Positions 9,019-16,599 of a stretch of 64,000 nt of DNA are shown here, in pieces. The stretch is taken from NCBI GenBank assembly GCA_964575345.1, contig CAZNQD010000001.1:100367-164366 (forward strand), in the 5' to 3' direction. Positions within the stretch are counted from its first letter, which is position 1; the number at the start of each line of letters is the position of its first letter. This DNA is from an uncultured Bacteroidales bacterium. GTDB lineage: Bacteria > Bacteroidota > Bacteroidia > Bacteroidales > UBA1402. Under the pieces are notes generated by a model. It ran no database searches. It was not told where the DNA came from and saw only the letters and a list, made by a program, of their open reading frames with translations. A program made the position numbers and the translations under genes.

Positions 9019-9440
9019 AAAACACGGTTTACGATTGTTCTTTTATTGAATTACCCAGAATAGAATACAGAGCCGGAAACATTACTCCTGTTTACGGCAA
9101 CATAAACATACCTTTCAAAATCAGAAGGGTCTTTTATACCTACGATATTCCCGGAGGCGAAGCCCGCGGGGCTCATGCTCACAGGGAATGCCATCAGTTT
9201 CTGGTGGCAGCAGGGGGCAGTTTTGAAGTGGCTCTGGACGACGGGGTAAACAGACGGACTGTACTACTGAACCGGCCTTTTTACGGCCTGCATATTCCTC
9301 CGGGTATCTGGGCTGCCGAACAGGGTTTTTCGTCCGGTTCCGTTTGTTTGGTGCTGGCTTCGACCCCTTTCGACGAAAACGATTACATCAGGGATTACAA
9401 TGAGTTCAGGAATTTCAGAAAACAAATCGAAAAACAATAG
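9015..9440 (+). CDS. FdtA/QdtA (WxcM-like) sugar 3,4-ketoisomerase paralog 2
   Basis: IPFKIRRVFYTYDIPGGEARGAHAHRE and ENDYIRDYNEF, close to the FdtA pattern RG-HAH. ATGA overlap with paralog 1. Confidence 0.8.
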   Translation: MKNTVYDCSFIELPRIEYRAGNITPVYGNINIPFKIRRVFYTYDIPGGEARGAHAHRECHQFLVAAGGSFEVALDDGVNRRTVLLNRPFYGLHIPPGIWAAEQGFSSGSVCLVLASTPFDENDYIRDYNEFRNFRKQIEKQ

Positions 9441-9495
9441 TATTACTAACAGGCATTTAAGTCTGAGAAAAATAGTTTGGCATTAAAAATTGGCT

Positions 9496-10596
9496 ATGGT
9501 AAAATACCTGGATTTGCAGAAGATAACTGCAAAATACGCAGAAGAGATACATAAGGCCGTTGCTCGTGTCACCGACTCAGGCTGGTATCTTCAGGGCGAA
9601 GAAAACAAACGATTTGAACAACATTATGCCGAATACATAGGAACCAGACATTGTATAGGTGTAGCTAACGGCCTGGACGCATTAATCTGGATTCTGAGAG
9701 CTTACATAGAAATGGGCTTGATGAAAACCGGCGATGAAGTCCTGGTGCCGGCTAATACGTACATTGCCTCCATTCTGGCTATTACCGAAAATGGACTTAA
9801 GCCTGTTTTGATCGAGCCCAGGCTTTCGAGCTACCAGATTGACGAAGATTTAATCGAAAAACACATTACTGAACGCAGTAAGGCGCTGATGATTGTTCAT
9901 CTCTACGGCCAATGCGCCTATAGCGACAAAATTAAGGCCCTCTGCCTGCGTTACGGGCTCAAATTGATAGAAGACAACGCCCAGGCTCACGGCTGCCTTT
10001 ACAGAGGCCGCAAAACCGGTTCTTTGGGCGATGCTGCCGGACACAGTTTTTATCCCGGTAAAAATCTGGGAGCTTTCGGTGACGGTGGAGCTGTTACCAC
10101 CAACGATAATGAGCTGGCAAAAGTTGTACGAACTCTGGCTAATTACGGATCCGAAAGAAAATACGTTTTCAGCTATACCGGCCGCAACAGCAGGCTGGAC
10201 GAAATTCAGGCGGCTGTGCTGGATGTAAAGCTTCGTTATCTGGATCAGGATATTGAATTGCGCAAACAAGTAGCTGCCCGTTATTTGCAGGAAATCCGGC
10301 ATCCCGAAATACAGCTGCCAGTTGTGACTGGCCGCGATCAACACGTCTATCATATTTTTCCTGTCCGTTGCAGCCGTCGTGATGCACTACAAACTTTTTT
10401 GGACAGCAGGGGAATTCAAACCCTGATCCATTACCCCATTCCTCCTCATAAACAAGCCTGTTACCCGGAATGGAACAATATGTCTCTGCCCCTTACCGAA
10501 CAAATTCATCGTGAAGAGCTCAGTTTGCCCCTGAGTCCTGTAATGACCGGGGAAGAAATTGATCAGGTAATTGACGCGGTGAACTCCTTCCACTAA
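9496..10596 (+). CDS. DegT/DnrJ/EryC1-family PLP-dependent sugar aminotransferase (FdtB/QdtB-like)
   Basis: [17 protein letters not shown] (PLP-Lys motif). Start [10 protein letters not shown] is typical of the family. The track start at 9490 is a TTG two codons upstream. Confidence 0.85.
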   Translation: MVKYLDLQKITAKYAEEIHKAVARVTDSGWYLQGEENKRFEQHYAEYIGTRHCIGVANGLDALIWILRAYIEMGLMKTGDEVLVPANTYIASILAITENGLKPVLIEPRLSSYQIDEDLIEKHITERSKALMIVHLYGQCAYSDKIKALCLRYGLKLIEDNAQAHGCLYRGRKTGSLGDAAGHSFYPGKNLGAFGDGGAVTTNDNELAKVVRTLANYGSERKYVFSYTGRNSRLDEIQAAVLDVKLRYLDQDIELRKQVAARYLQEIRHPEIQLPVVTGRDQHVYHIFPVRCSRRDALQTFLDSRGIQTLIHYPIPPHKQACYPEWNNMSLPLTEQIHREELSLPLSPVMTGEEIDQVIDAVNSFH

Positions 10597-10616
10597 AATG
10601 CACTACCATTCCTAAG

Positions 10617-12140
10617 ATGCACTACCATTCACAGGACATAGAAAAAATATACGTCCGGATAAAGAGGCTGGCCGGGAAAGCCCTCCAAAAAGGGAATATT
10701 GCCCGTGCTTTGCAGGAATACGATCGTGCTGCCATTGTAGCTTCCAACTTGAATCGTTTCTTTAAAGACGACGAAATCGAAGACCGGCTTCAGGCATTAT
10801 CCTCCCGCCTTATTACCAAATCAGCCGCAGCCCCGAAACGTGACAATTGCTTTGTTTTTTACGATCATATAGGCTCCAGTTACGTGTTGGCCTTGCAGTA
10901 CCTGAGAGCTTTGATGAGCTGGGAGGCTGAGATCCTCTATATTTTGGAGCCCAGCCGGCACAGCAGTTCACAGCCTGATTTTATCAAAGAACTTAAGGCT
11001 TACGGCAAGGCCAGAGTTATGATCCTGCCTGAACGGACAGAGGATAAATTGGAGCATTTGAATCAAGTCTATCACAGCATACAAGAGTCCGGAGCGGCAA
11101 AAGCTCTGATACACGCGCCTGCGGAAGGAGCTTTCTGCTGTGTGTTGTGGAATGCCCTGGAAGAGTTGCAACGTTATCGCATAGTGCCGGGCGATCATCA
11201 TTTTTACCTGGGTACTCGTCTGAGTGATTATGTCATTGAATTCAGGAATTTTGGACTTGCTTTGTCGTATAGTCACAGAGCTTACAAAAAAGAACAACTT
11301 CTTTGTCAGCCCTATTATCCAATCGTTAACCGCGAGATTCCTTTCGAAGGTTTTCCGCCTCAGGTCAAAGCCGACAGCATAGTGATTGTTTCGGGTGGAG
11401 CCATGTATAAAATACAGGGTGACGGAGGTCGGTTTTTACACTTAGCCAAAGAATTGCTGGATTACAACAAGAAGGTGCTGCTGCTGTATGCCGGCGAGGG
11501 AAATACGGTGAAAATCAAAGATTTCATCCGAAAGCACAAGCTGGAAGATCGTTTTATCCTTTTGGGGCAACGTCGGGATATTTATCCCCTCATTCAAAAC
11601 AGTGACATATATCTGGGCACTTATCCTTTTTCGGGCGGATTGATGACTCAGCTGGCAGTCGTATGCGAAAAGCCGCTTTTGCTGCTCTCCTATTTTCCGG
11701 CCATCAGAAGTGCAGACAGTTTACTTAATTACGGGAACAAAGCTCAGGAATCGCTTTCGTTTTACAGTGTGGAAGCAATGCTGCCTTACGCCCGAAAATT
11801 GATGGATGATGCAGTTTTTCGCCTTAAGGAAGGAGAAAAAAACCGCGGCAGGGTAATCAGTCCGCAACAGTTCTCAGAAAGCCTGCGCTCTTTGCTCATT
11901 GAAGAAACAAGAGTGAATTTTGTACCTGAAATGCCCGAAGGATTACTCAAAAAAGCCGAAGACTTGTATCTGGAAACAGCTGACCGCTACACTAAAACCT
12001 ATGAATTATTTCTCTTTCAAAGCTATGGCATTAAAACACTTTGGCTATTTCCCAAGGTGTTTTTCAAAGGGATGGGCTCATCCAGTTTTATACGCAGGAT
12101 CTTTTATACCGCCAGTAAAAGACTCATGAACAAGCCTTAG
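10617..12140 (+). CDS. hypothetical protein, possible distant GT-B-fold glycosyltransferase (family unassigned)
   Basis: 507 aa with two Rossmann-like halves. The segment LGTYPFSGGLMTQLAVVCEKPLL resembles the LDTxPYNGxTT..ALWxGVPV region of GT41/SPY-like enzymes. Confidence 0.35.
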   Translation: MHYHSQDIEKIYVRIKRLAGKALQKGNIARALQEYDRAAIVASNLNRFFKDDEIEDRLQALSSRLITKSAAAPKRDNCFVFYDHIGSSYVLALQYLRALMSWEAEILYILEPSRHSSSQPDFIKELKAYGKARVMILPERTEDKLEHLNQVYHSIQESGAAKALIHAPAEGAFCCVLWNALEELQRYRIVPGDHHFYLGTRLSDYVIEFRNFGLALSYSHRAYKKEQLLCQPYYPIVNREIPFEGFPPQVKADSIVIVSGGAMYKIQGDGGRFLHLAKELLDYNKKVLLLYAGEGNTVKIKDFIRKHKLEDRFILLGQRRDIYPLIQNSDIYLGTYPFSGGLMTQLAVVCEKPLLLLSYFPAIRSADSLLNYGNKAQESLSFYSVEAMLPYARKLMDDAVFRLKEGEKNRGRVISPQQFSESLRSLLIEETRVNFVPEMPEGLLKKAEDLYLETADRYTKTYELFLFQSYGIKTLWLFPKVFFKGMGSSSFIRRIFYTASKRLMNKP

Positions 12141-12963
12141 TCCTTTTAATAGCATATAGAAATTTATAATACAAGTATTTAGCCCAGCTGAATCTTTTAA
12201 TTGCCCGGCTCATTTCCAGTGTGGCGCGATTTTCTTTCCAGGTTGCCGTAAGCGATCGGAGCTGCTTAAAATAATGAGCTATCCCTATTTTCCGGGCTCC
12301 AATTTGATTTTCGCCGTGCTGGCGGTACAAAACCGTGGCTTCATGTACGGACTCCAGAATTCCGCCAGCTGCTGCTACTTTGAGCGCAATCCATTTATCG
12401 TGCATCAAGGCCTTTTCACTGATTGGTAAGGCGAGCTCTTTGGCTGCCCGGTTAATCATCATGGTACAGCCGGTAAAGGCATTACAAACAGTCAGGTATT
12501 CAAAACTCCTGAGTAAAACCGGTTTGATCTTGTTATAGGCCCAAAAGGAAGGGTGTATTTCGTTGAGTTGCTCATCCACAACCTTAAGATCGGTATTAAT
12601 TACCACGGCTTTACCGGGCCGGGCTTTTTCGCAGGCCTGCATTTTGGAATAGGTTTTCTCTATTTTATCGTTCAGCCACACATCGTCGTGGTCGCAAAAC
12701 ATATAGTAATCGGCCTGAGTGTTTTCGAGCAACCATATAAAACTGCCTTTGGCCAGTCTGCCGGGCTGCGGATCTTTGCGCAGGATCAATCCGGGGTGTT
12801 TTTGCTGGTATTCGGCCAGTATTTGCAGGGTATCGTCTTTGGAACCATCGTCGTGCACGTGGATTTCAAAATCCTGCACTGTCTGGGTAAACAGCGAGTC
12901 CAGCTGAGGGCGGAGGTATTTCCCGCTGTTGCAGGTGCTGAGCAGTATGGCTATTCCTGACAT
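12124..12963 (-). CDS. family 2 glycosyltransferase
   Basis: AILLSTCNSGKYLRPQLDSL...HVHDDGSKDDT and CDHDDVW (DxD). Confidence 0.85.
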   Translation of the reverse strand: MSGIAILLSTCNSGKYLRPQLDSLFTQTVQDFEIHVHDDGSKDDTLQILAEYQQKHPGLILRKDPQPGRLAKGSFIWLLENTQADYYMFCDHDDVWLNDKIEKTYSKMQACEKARPGKAVVINTDLKVVDEQLNEIHPSFWAYNKIKPVLLRSFEYLTVCNAFTGCTMMINRAAKELALPISEKALMHDKWIALKVAAAGGILESVHEATVLYRQHGENQIGARKIGIAHYFKQLRSLTATWKENRATLEMSRAIKRFSWAKYLYYKFLYAIKRTKACS

Positions 12964-14783
12964 GGTAATTCATAAAACGGCAGAGCAAAAATAGCATAGC
13001 CTTTCAGGGTACTAAAATCTCTGACGTGGTATTTGGCAAAAAAGAAAGACATAGGAGACAACTTATCCACCCCCGAATAGTTGAAAGACAACTTTTGCCA
13101 GCTTCCTTTTTGGCTTAAATCATATACATCCGAAAATTCTTGTCCTGTAGAAGAGTTTGTAAAAATTTGTACTTGAATACCATCAAAATCTTCGCTGACA
13201 TAACACCAGGCCGAAAATGTCCCCTTCCCCCCCGGATGGGGTTGGTAAAAACCGGTTAAAAATTCAATCCGGTCGAAATACGGCTGGTAATATCCCCTGC
13301 AGGTGGATGAAATCTTATAGCCCCAACAATCCTGCAGTTCTTCGGGGGGATTGCCCGGCAATTCCTTGATCAGTTCGTAGTTGTTGCTGGCGTAAGTAGT
13401 CGGATCTTTTGGGTCATAGCCCTTTTTTCCATAGAGCGGATAACAAAAAACCACCAGAGCCATTAAAACCATGGTCGCGTTAACAATCGTAAAAGTCTTA
13501 GGAAAACCGTCAGGTAAAGACAAGTCTTCTTCTTTGCGGCTTCCTGTCTTGGACAAAAACAAAAAGCTCAGGCTAAAGACCAGTAAGCCGCCAATTTGCA
13601 AAAAAACCACTTCAACCATCATCAGCATGGCGAACATAAAACTAATGGTGCCTGCGTACAAGCGTTCCTTTTTGTCGCGAAGGCTGAGCGGAAAAGCGAT
13701 AAGCAACATCAATAAACAAAGCAGTCCAGGTATACCGGTTTCCAATAGTACTTGCAGGTAGGTGTTGTGTACATGCGAATTGCTTTCAATGAATTCGGTA
13801 CTTAAATGGTTCTGTTCGTATTTTTCTTTCAGCAGATCTTTCACGTCTCCTATACCCACTCCAAATAAAAACTGCTTGTCTTCTTCCAGAACCTGCATTC
13901 CGGAATACCAGATGCCCAAACGGGAATCTTTGCTTTGCAGGGAAGAGTTTCCGGCCAGTTCTCCCGGACGTATGGATTCAAAACGGGGATGAAAGGCATA
14001 GAGGGCTATCATAGATAAAACGCCCAACAATACTACCATCAGGGCAAATTTTCGATGTTGATGCTTGTTCAGTGCATTATAGACATAAAAAGAAGCAACC
14101 AGAACCAGTATGATAAGAGCAATCCGCCCACCCAAAACCAGCATCAGCGAGGTATAAACAAGAGCATAAACAATAAAGCACTGCCAGTAATATAATTTAC
14201 CCATCTTTGGAATCAGGTCTTTGCGCAGATACAACAAGCTGAGCAGGGCAAGCATCTGATTAATGCCAAAATAGGTCCTGTGTTTGAAATCGAGGAAAAA
14301 ATGTAAAAAAGCTTTCCAGGGATATTTATGAATCATGTTACGACTCCTGAAATCGCTCAGGTATTCAATGACAGGTATGCCCAAAGAAAAGAGTAAACCA
14401 AACACATTGCCGGCCACAAAAGCCAACAACAAGGGTTTAAGTTTATACTCTTTGCTGAATCCGATGGAAAGCGTCAGGGGAACTGCGGCAATGACCACTC
14501 TCCTTTCTATGATTTTGTAGGCATATCCCAGGTTTTGAGAATAAAAGACAGAAATAAGCATCAACAGAGCATAGGCCCATAAGAGATAGATTACCCAGTG
14601 CTTTTTGTCGAAGCGGAATTCCAGATAGCGTTTACTGAGAACAACATCTATGATCCAGGAAGCCAACCAACAAAAAAAGACCAAAATCAGCCAACGGTCC
14701 TGCAAGCTGAGGTAAAAAGCAAGCAGTAAAGCAAAATAGTAATTCAACTTACCTGTGATGGCTGTTATTTTTGGCATATCCAT
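12951..14783 (-). CDS. O-antigen ligase/polymerase-like (Wzy_C) membrane protein with C-terminal soluble domain
   Basis: More than 10 TM helices. Periplasmic-loop motif NSHVHNTYLQVLLETGIPGL. About 158 non-hydrophobic residues follow the last TM. Confidence 0.7.
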   Translation of the reverse strand: MDMPKITAITGKLNYYFALLLAFYLSLQDRWLILVFFCWLASWIIDVVLSKRYLEFRFDKKHWVIYLLWAYALLMLISVFYSQNLGYAYKIIERRVVIAAVPLTLSIGFSKEYKLKPLLLAFVAGNVFGLLFSLGIPVIEYLSDFRSRNMIHKYPWKAFLHFFLDFKHRTYFGINQMLALLSLLYLRKDLIPKMGKLYYWQCFIVYALVYTSLMLVLGGRIALIILVLVASFYVYNALNKHQHRKFALMVVLLGVLSMIALYAFHPRFESIRPGELAGNSSLQSKDSRLGIWYSGMQVLEEDKQFLFGVGIGDVKDLLKEKYEQNHLSTEFIESNSHVHNTYLQVLLETGIPGLLCLLMLLIAFPLSLRDKKERLYAGTISFMFAMLMMVEVVFLQIGGLLVFSLSFLFLSKTGSRKEEDLSLPDGFPKTFTIVNATMVLMALVVFCYPLYGKKGYDPKDPTTYASNNYELIKELPGNPPEELQDCWGYKISSTCRGYYQPYFDRIEFLTGFYQPHPGGKGTFSAWCYVSEDFDGIQVQIFTNSSTGQEFSDVYDLSQKGSWQKLSFNYSGVDKLSPMSFFFAKYHVRDFSTLKGYAIFALPFYELPCQE

Positions 14784-14785
14784 AA

Positions 14786-15871
14786 CTAAAAAATCAGGGA
14801 GTACTCCCGAATATGTCCCTGAAGAACAAGGTTATAATAAAAGGCTATTCCCACCAGTACAATAATAAGTTCCGGTATCCAGCGAGGTTTTATATAATAG
14901 ATTAATGTTGGAATCAGAAAGATTTGCACTATGCTCAGCATCTCCCAAAGTCTGAAAGCAAATACCGGAAGGCCAAAAAATAAATAAAAAATCCCGATGG
15001 AAATCATATTGATTTTCAGGAACAAAACGCTGTATTTGTTTTTCTCGAGCAAATCCGTTCGATAAAATAATAGAAATACCGAAAGTATGAGTTGAAATAT
15101 GATCGTCAGATTAATTTTATTGATAGCGTGTTTAAGCCTTAATTGTTCTGTGATGTAGATACTTAATTTTTCGGAGTAAATCCCCAGATCGTATTTCAAT
15201 AGCAAGGAAATCGGATCAAAATGAAAGGTGTTCAGCAAAAAAGGGATAATAACGACAGCCAGATAGACTGCCGGATTTATTCTTTTTGTGTTCAAAAAAT
15301 AGAAGGGCAAAAATATAATGGCAGAATAATGGATCAATATTGCCAGGAGCATGATCAACAAAAATTTCCAGGGTTTTCTTTCAACCAAAGGCCCGAAAGC
15401 CATCATTGCCACAGCCGCAGCCAATCCCGCACGAACCTGTATGATTTCGTGCAGCATAAAAGTATTACAGAGATAAATAAACAGAGAAAAAAAGATGAAT
15501 TCCGAATACTTGACTATGGCTTTGACTTTGAGAGCCACCGAAAGGAGAGCAAACAACACCATCAAAAGGGTGAATCCCAAGCCGGGAAGATAGGTTTTGA
15601 TAAAAGAAGCCACTATCAAAAAAGTAGGTTCCACTTTAGCGGCCTTGAAAAACACCCCCGGATTACTGAAAAGTGCCTGAAAAGGCAGTGCCTTGTCGTA
15701 AAAAGCCTGAAAAATGCTGTGGTCCTTGCTTACGTCGTTGCCCCGGAATCCGGCAAAAGCAATCAAAAACAGAGCCATCGCCAGCAACAGCCATTGCTTG
15801 TTTTTTTTTAGCTCCTCACCCGCGAGACAGAGTATCAGGAAAACAGCAATTATAATTATATAGACAGCCAT
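14786..15871 (-). CDS. EpsG-family polytopic membrane protein (putative polysaccharide polymerase)
   Basis: 361 aa, very hydrophobic, AT-rich gene. EpsG-like pattern, and lies in the glycan locus. Confidence 0.6.
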   Translation of the reverse strand: MAVYIIIIAVFLILCLAGEELKKNKQWLLLAMALFLIAFAGFRGNDVSKDHSIFQAFYDKALPFQALFSNPGVFFKAAKVEPTFLIVASFIKTYLPGLGFTLLMVLFALLSVALKVKAIVKYSEFIFFSLFIYLCNTFMLHEIIQVRAGLAAAVAMMAFGPLVERKPWKFLLIMLLAILIHYSAIIFLPFYFLNTKRINPAVYLAVVIIPFLLNTFHFDPISLLLKYDLGIYSEKLSIYITEQLRLKHAINKINLTIIFQLILSVFLLFYRTDLLEKNKYSVLFLKINMISIGIFYLFFGLPVFAFRLWEMLSIVQIFLIPTLIYYIKPRWIPELIIVLVGIAFYYNLVLQGHIREYSLIF

Positions 15872-15935
15872 TCTGAAAAATGAACAATAAATAACACATC
15901 AAACCCAAACCAGGTAAAGGTTTATTTTAAAAGTG

Positions 15936-15943
15936 CAAATGTA
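15936..15943 (-). promoter_or_regulatory. -7 box candidate (TACATTTG) for the epsG-wzy-GT2 unit
   Basis: Exact TAnnTTTG on the minus strand, 65 nt upstream of the ATG at 15871. Confidence 0.45.
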
Positions 15944-16050
15944 CTATTTTTCTGCTCAATAAACCCAACGATAAAATAGTTCACCAACAGATTCACGGCT
16001 GTTGCAGGGCGACTTTAGGCTAATTCTCTAACGAATGTCAGGAACGGGTA

Positions 16051-16257
16051 TCAACTAACCTTATTTCTTGAGCCCAGAATAAAATAGAGTATGGAACCAA
16101 AAATGGGGAAAATCAGTACAATGATAACCCACAAGAGTTTGTCGTTCCCGTAAAACTGACATCTCAAAATATCAATTAACGCGATGAGAGGCAGTAAAAT
16201 AACCGGTAAAAGAATCAGTAAAACGATAAGAAAGGTAAAACCTGCAGCCATTGCCAT
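16051..16257 (-). CDS. PLDc_N-type small membrane protein
   Basis: 68 aa with two TM helices. DKLLWVIIVLIFPIFGSILYFILG is typical of the phospholipase-D-like N-terminal membrane domain family. Confidence 0.6.
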   Translation of the reverse strand: MAMAAGFTFLIVLLILLPVILLPLIALIDILRCQFYGNDKLLWVIIVLIFPIFGSILYFILGSRNKVS

Positions 16258-16406
16258 GGTAATAGAATGAAAGGTTAATGTATAAAATTGCCGGACTCAA
16301 AAGGAGGACCGGAAACGATGCAAATAAAACATAAATTCGAGAAACTACGAAATAAAATTTTTAACTGCCATCAAAAGTGAGCAAATGTCAGGCAATTCAT
16401 TAAATC

Positions 16407-16449
16407 AAAAAAAAGCTAACACCTGAAATACAGTTTGTTAGCTTTTTTC
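16407..16449 (-). terminator. intrinsic terminator downstream of tRNA-Lys
   Basis: AGCTAACA...TGTTAGCT hairpin flanked by an A-run and a T-run. It could work in either direction. Confidence 0.6.
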
Positions 16450-16453
16450 TTAG

Positions 16454-16526
16454 TGACCCCGGAGGGGCTCGAACCCTCGACCCATTGATTAAGAGTCAAT
16501 TGCTCTACCAACTGAGCTACGGAGTC
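16454..16526 (-). tRNA. tRNA-Lys (anticodon CTT)
   Basis: The reverse complement folds as acceptor GACTCCG/CGGGGTC, D arm GCTC-AGTTGGTA-GAGC, anticodon loop CTCTTAA, T arm GAGGG-TTCGAGC-CCCTC. Confidence 0.9.
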
Positions 16527-16550
16527 TTGTTCTGTTTTTCAGAACGGGCG

Positions 16551-16558
16551 CAAAAGTA
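16551..16558 (-). promoter_or_regulatory. -7 box candidate (TACTTTTG) for tRNA-Lys
   Basis: Exact TAnnTTTG on the minus strand, 25 nt upstream of the tRNA 5' end. Confidence 0.45.
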
Positions 16559-16599
16559 CGTTATTTATGCTAAACGGCAAAAGCTTTGAAGCCTTTTTC

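Noticed and set aside
16258-16406. About 150 nt of non-coding sequence upstream of the PLDc_N gene, and 53333-53526 upstream of barrel paralog 1, examined for sRNA or riboswitch structure.
   Set aside because: The sequence is AT-rich with only weak, short hairpins and near-miss promoter boxes. I recognise no conserved RNA motif (SRP, 6S, tmRNA, RNase P or common riboswitch cores).
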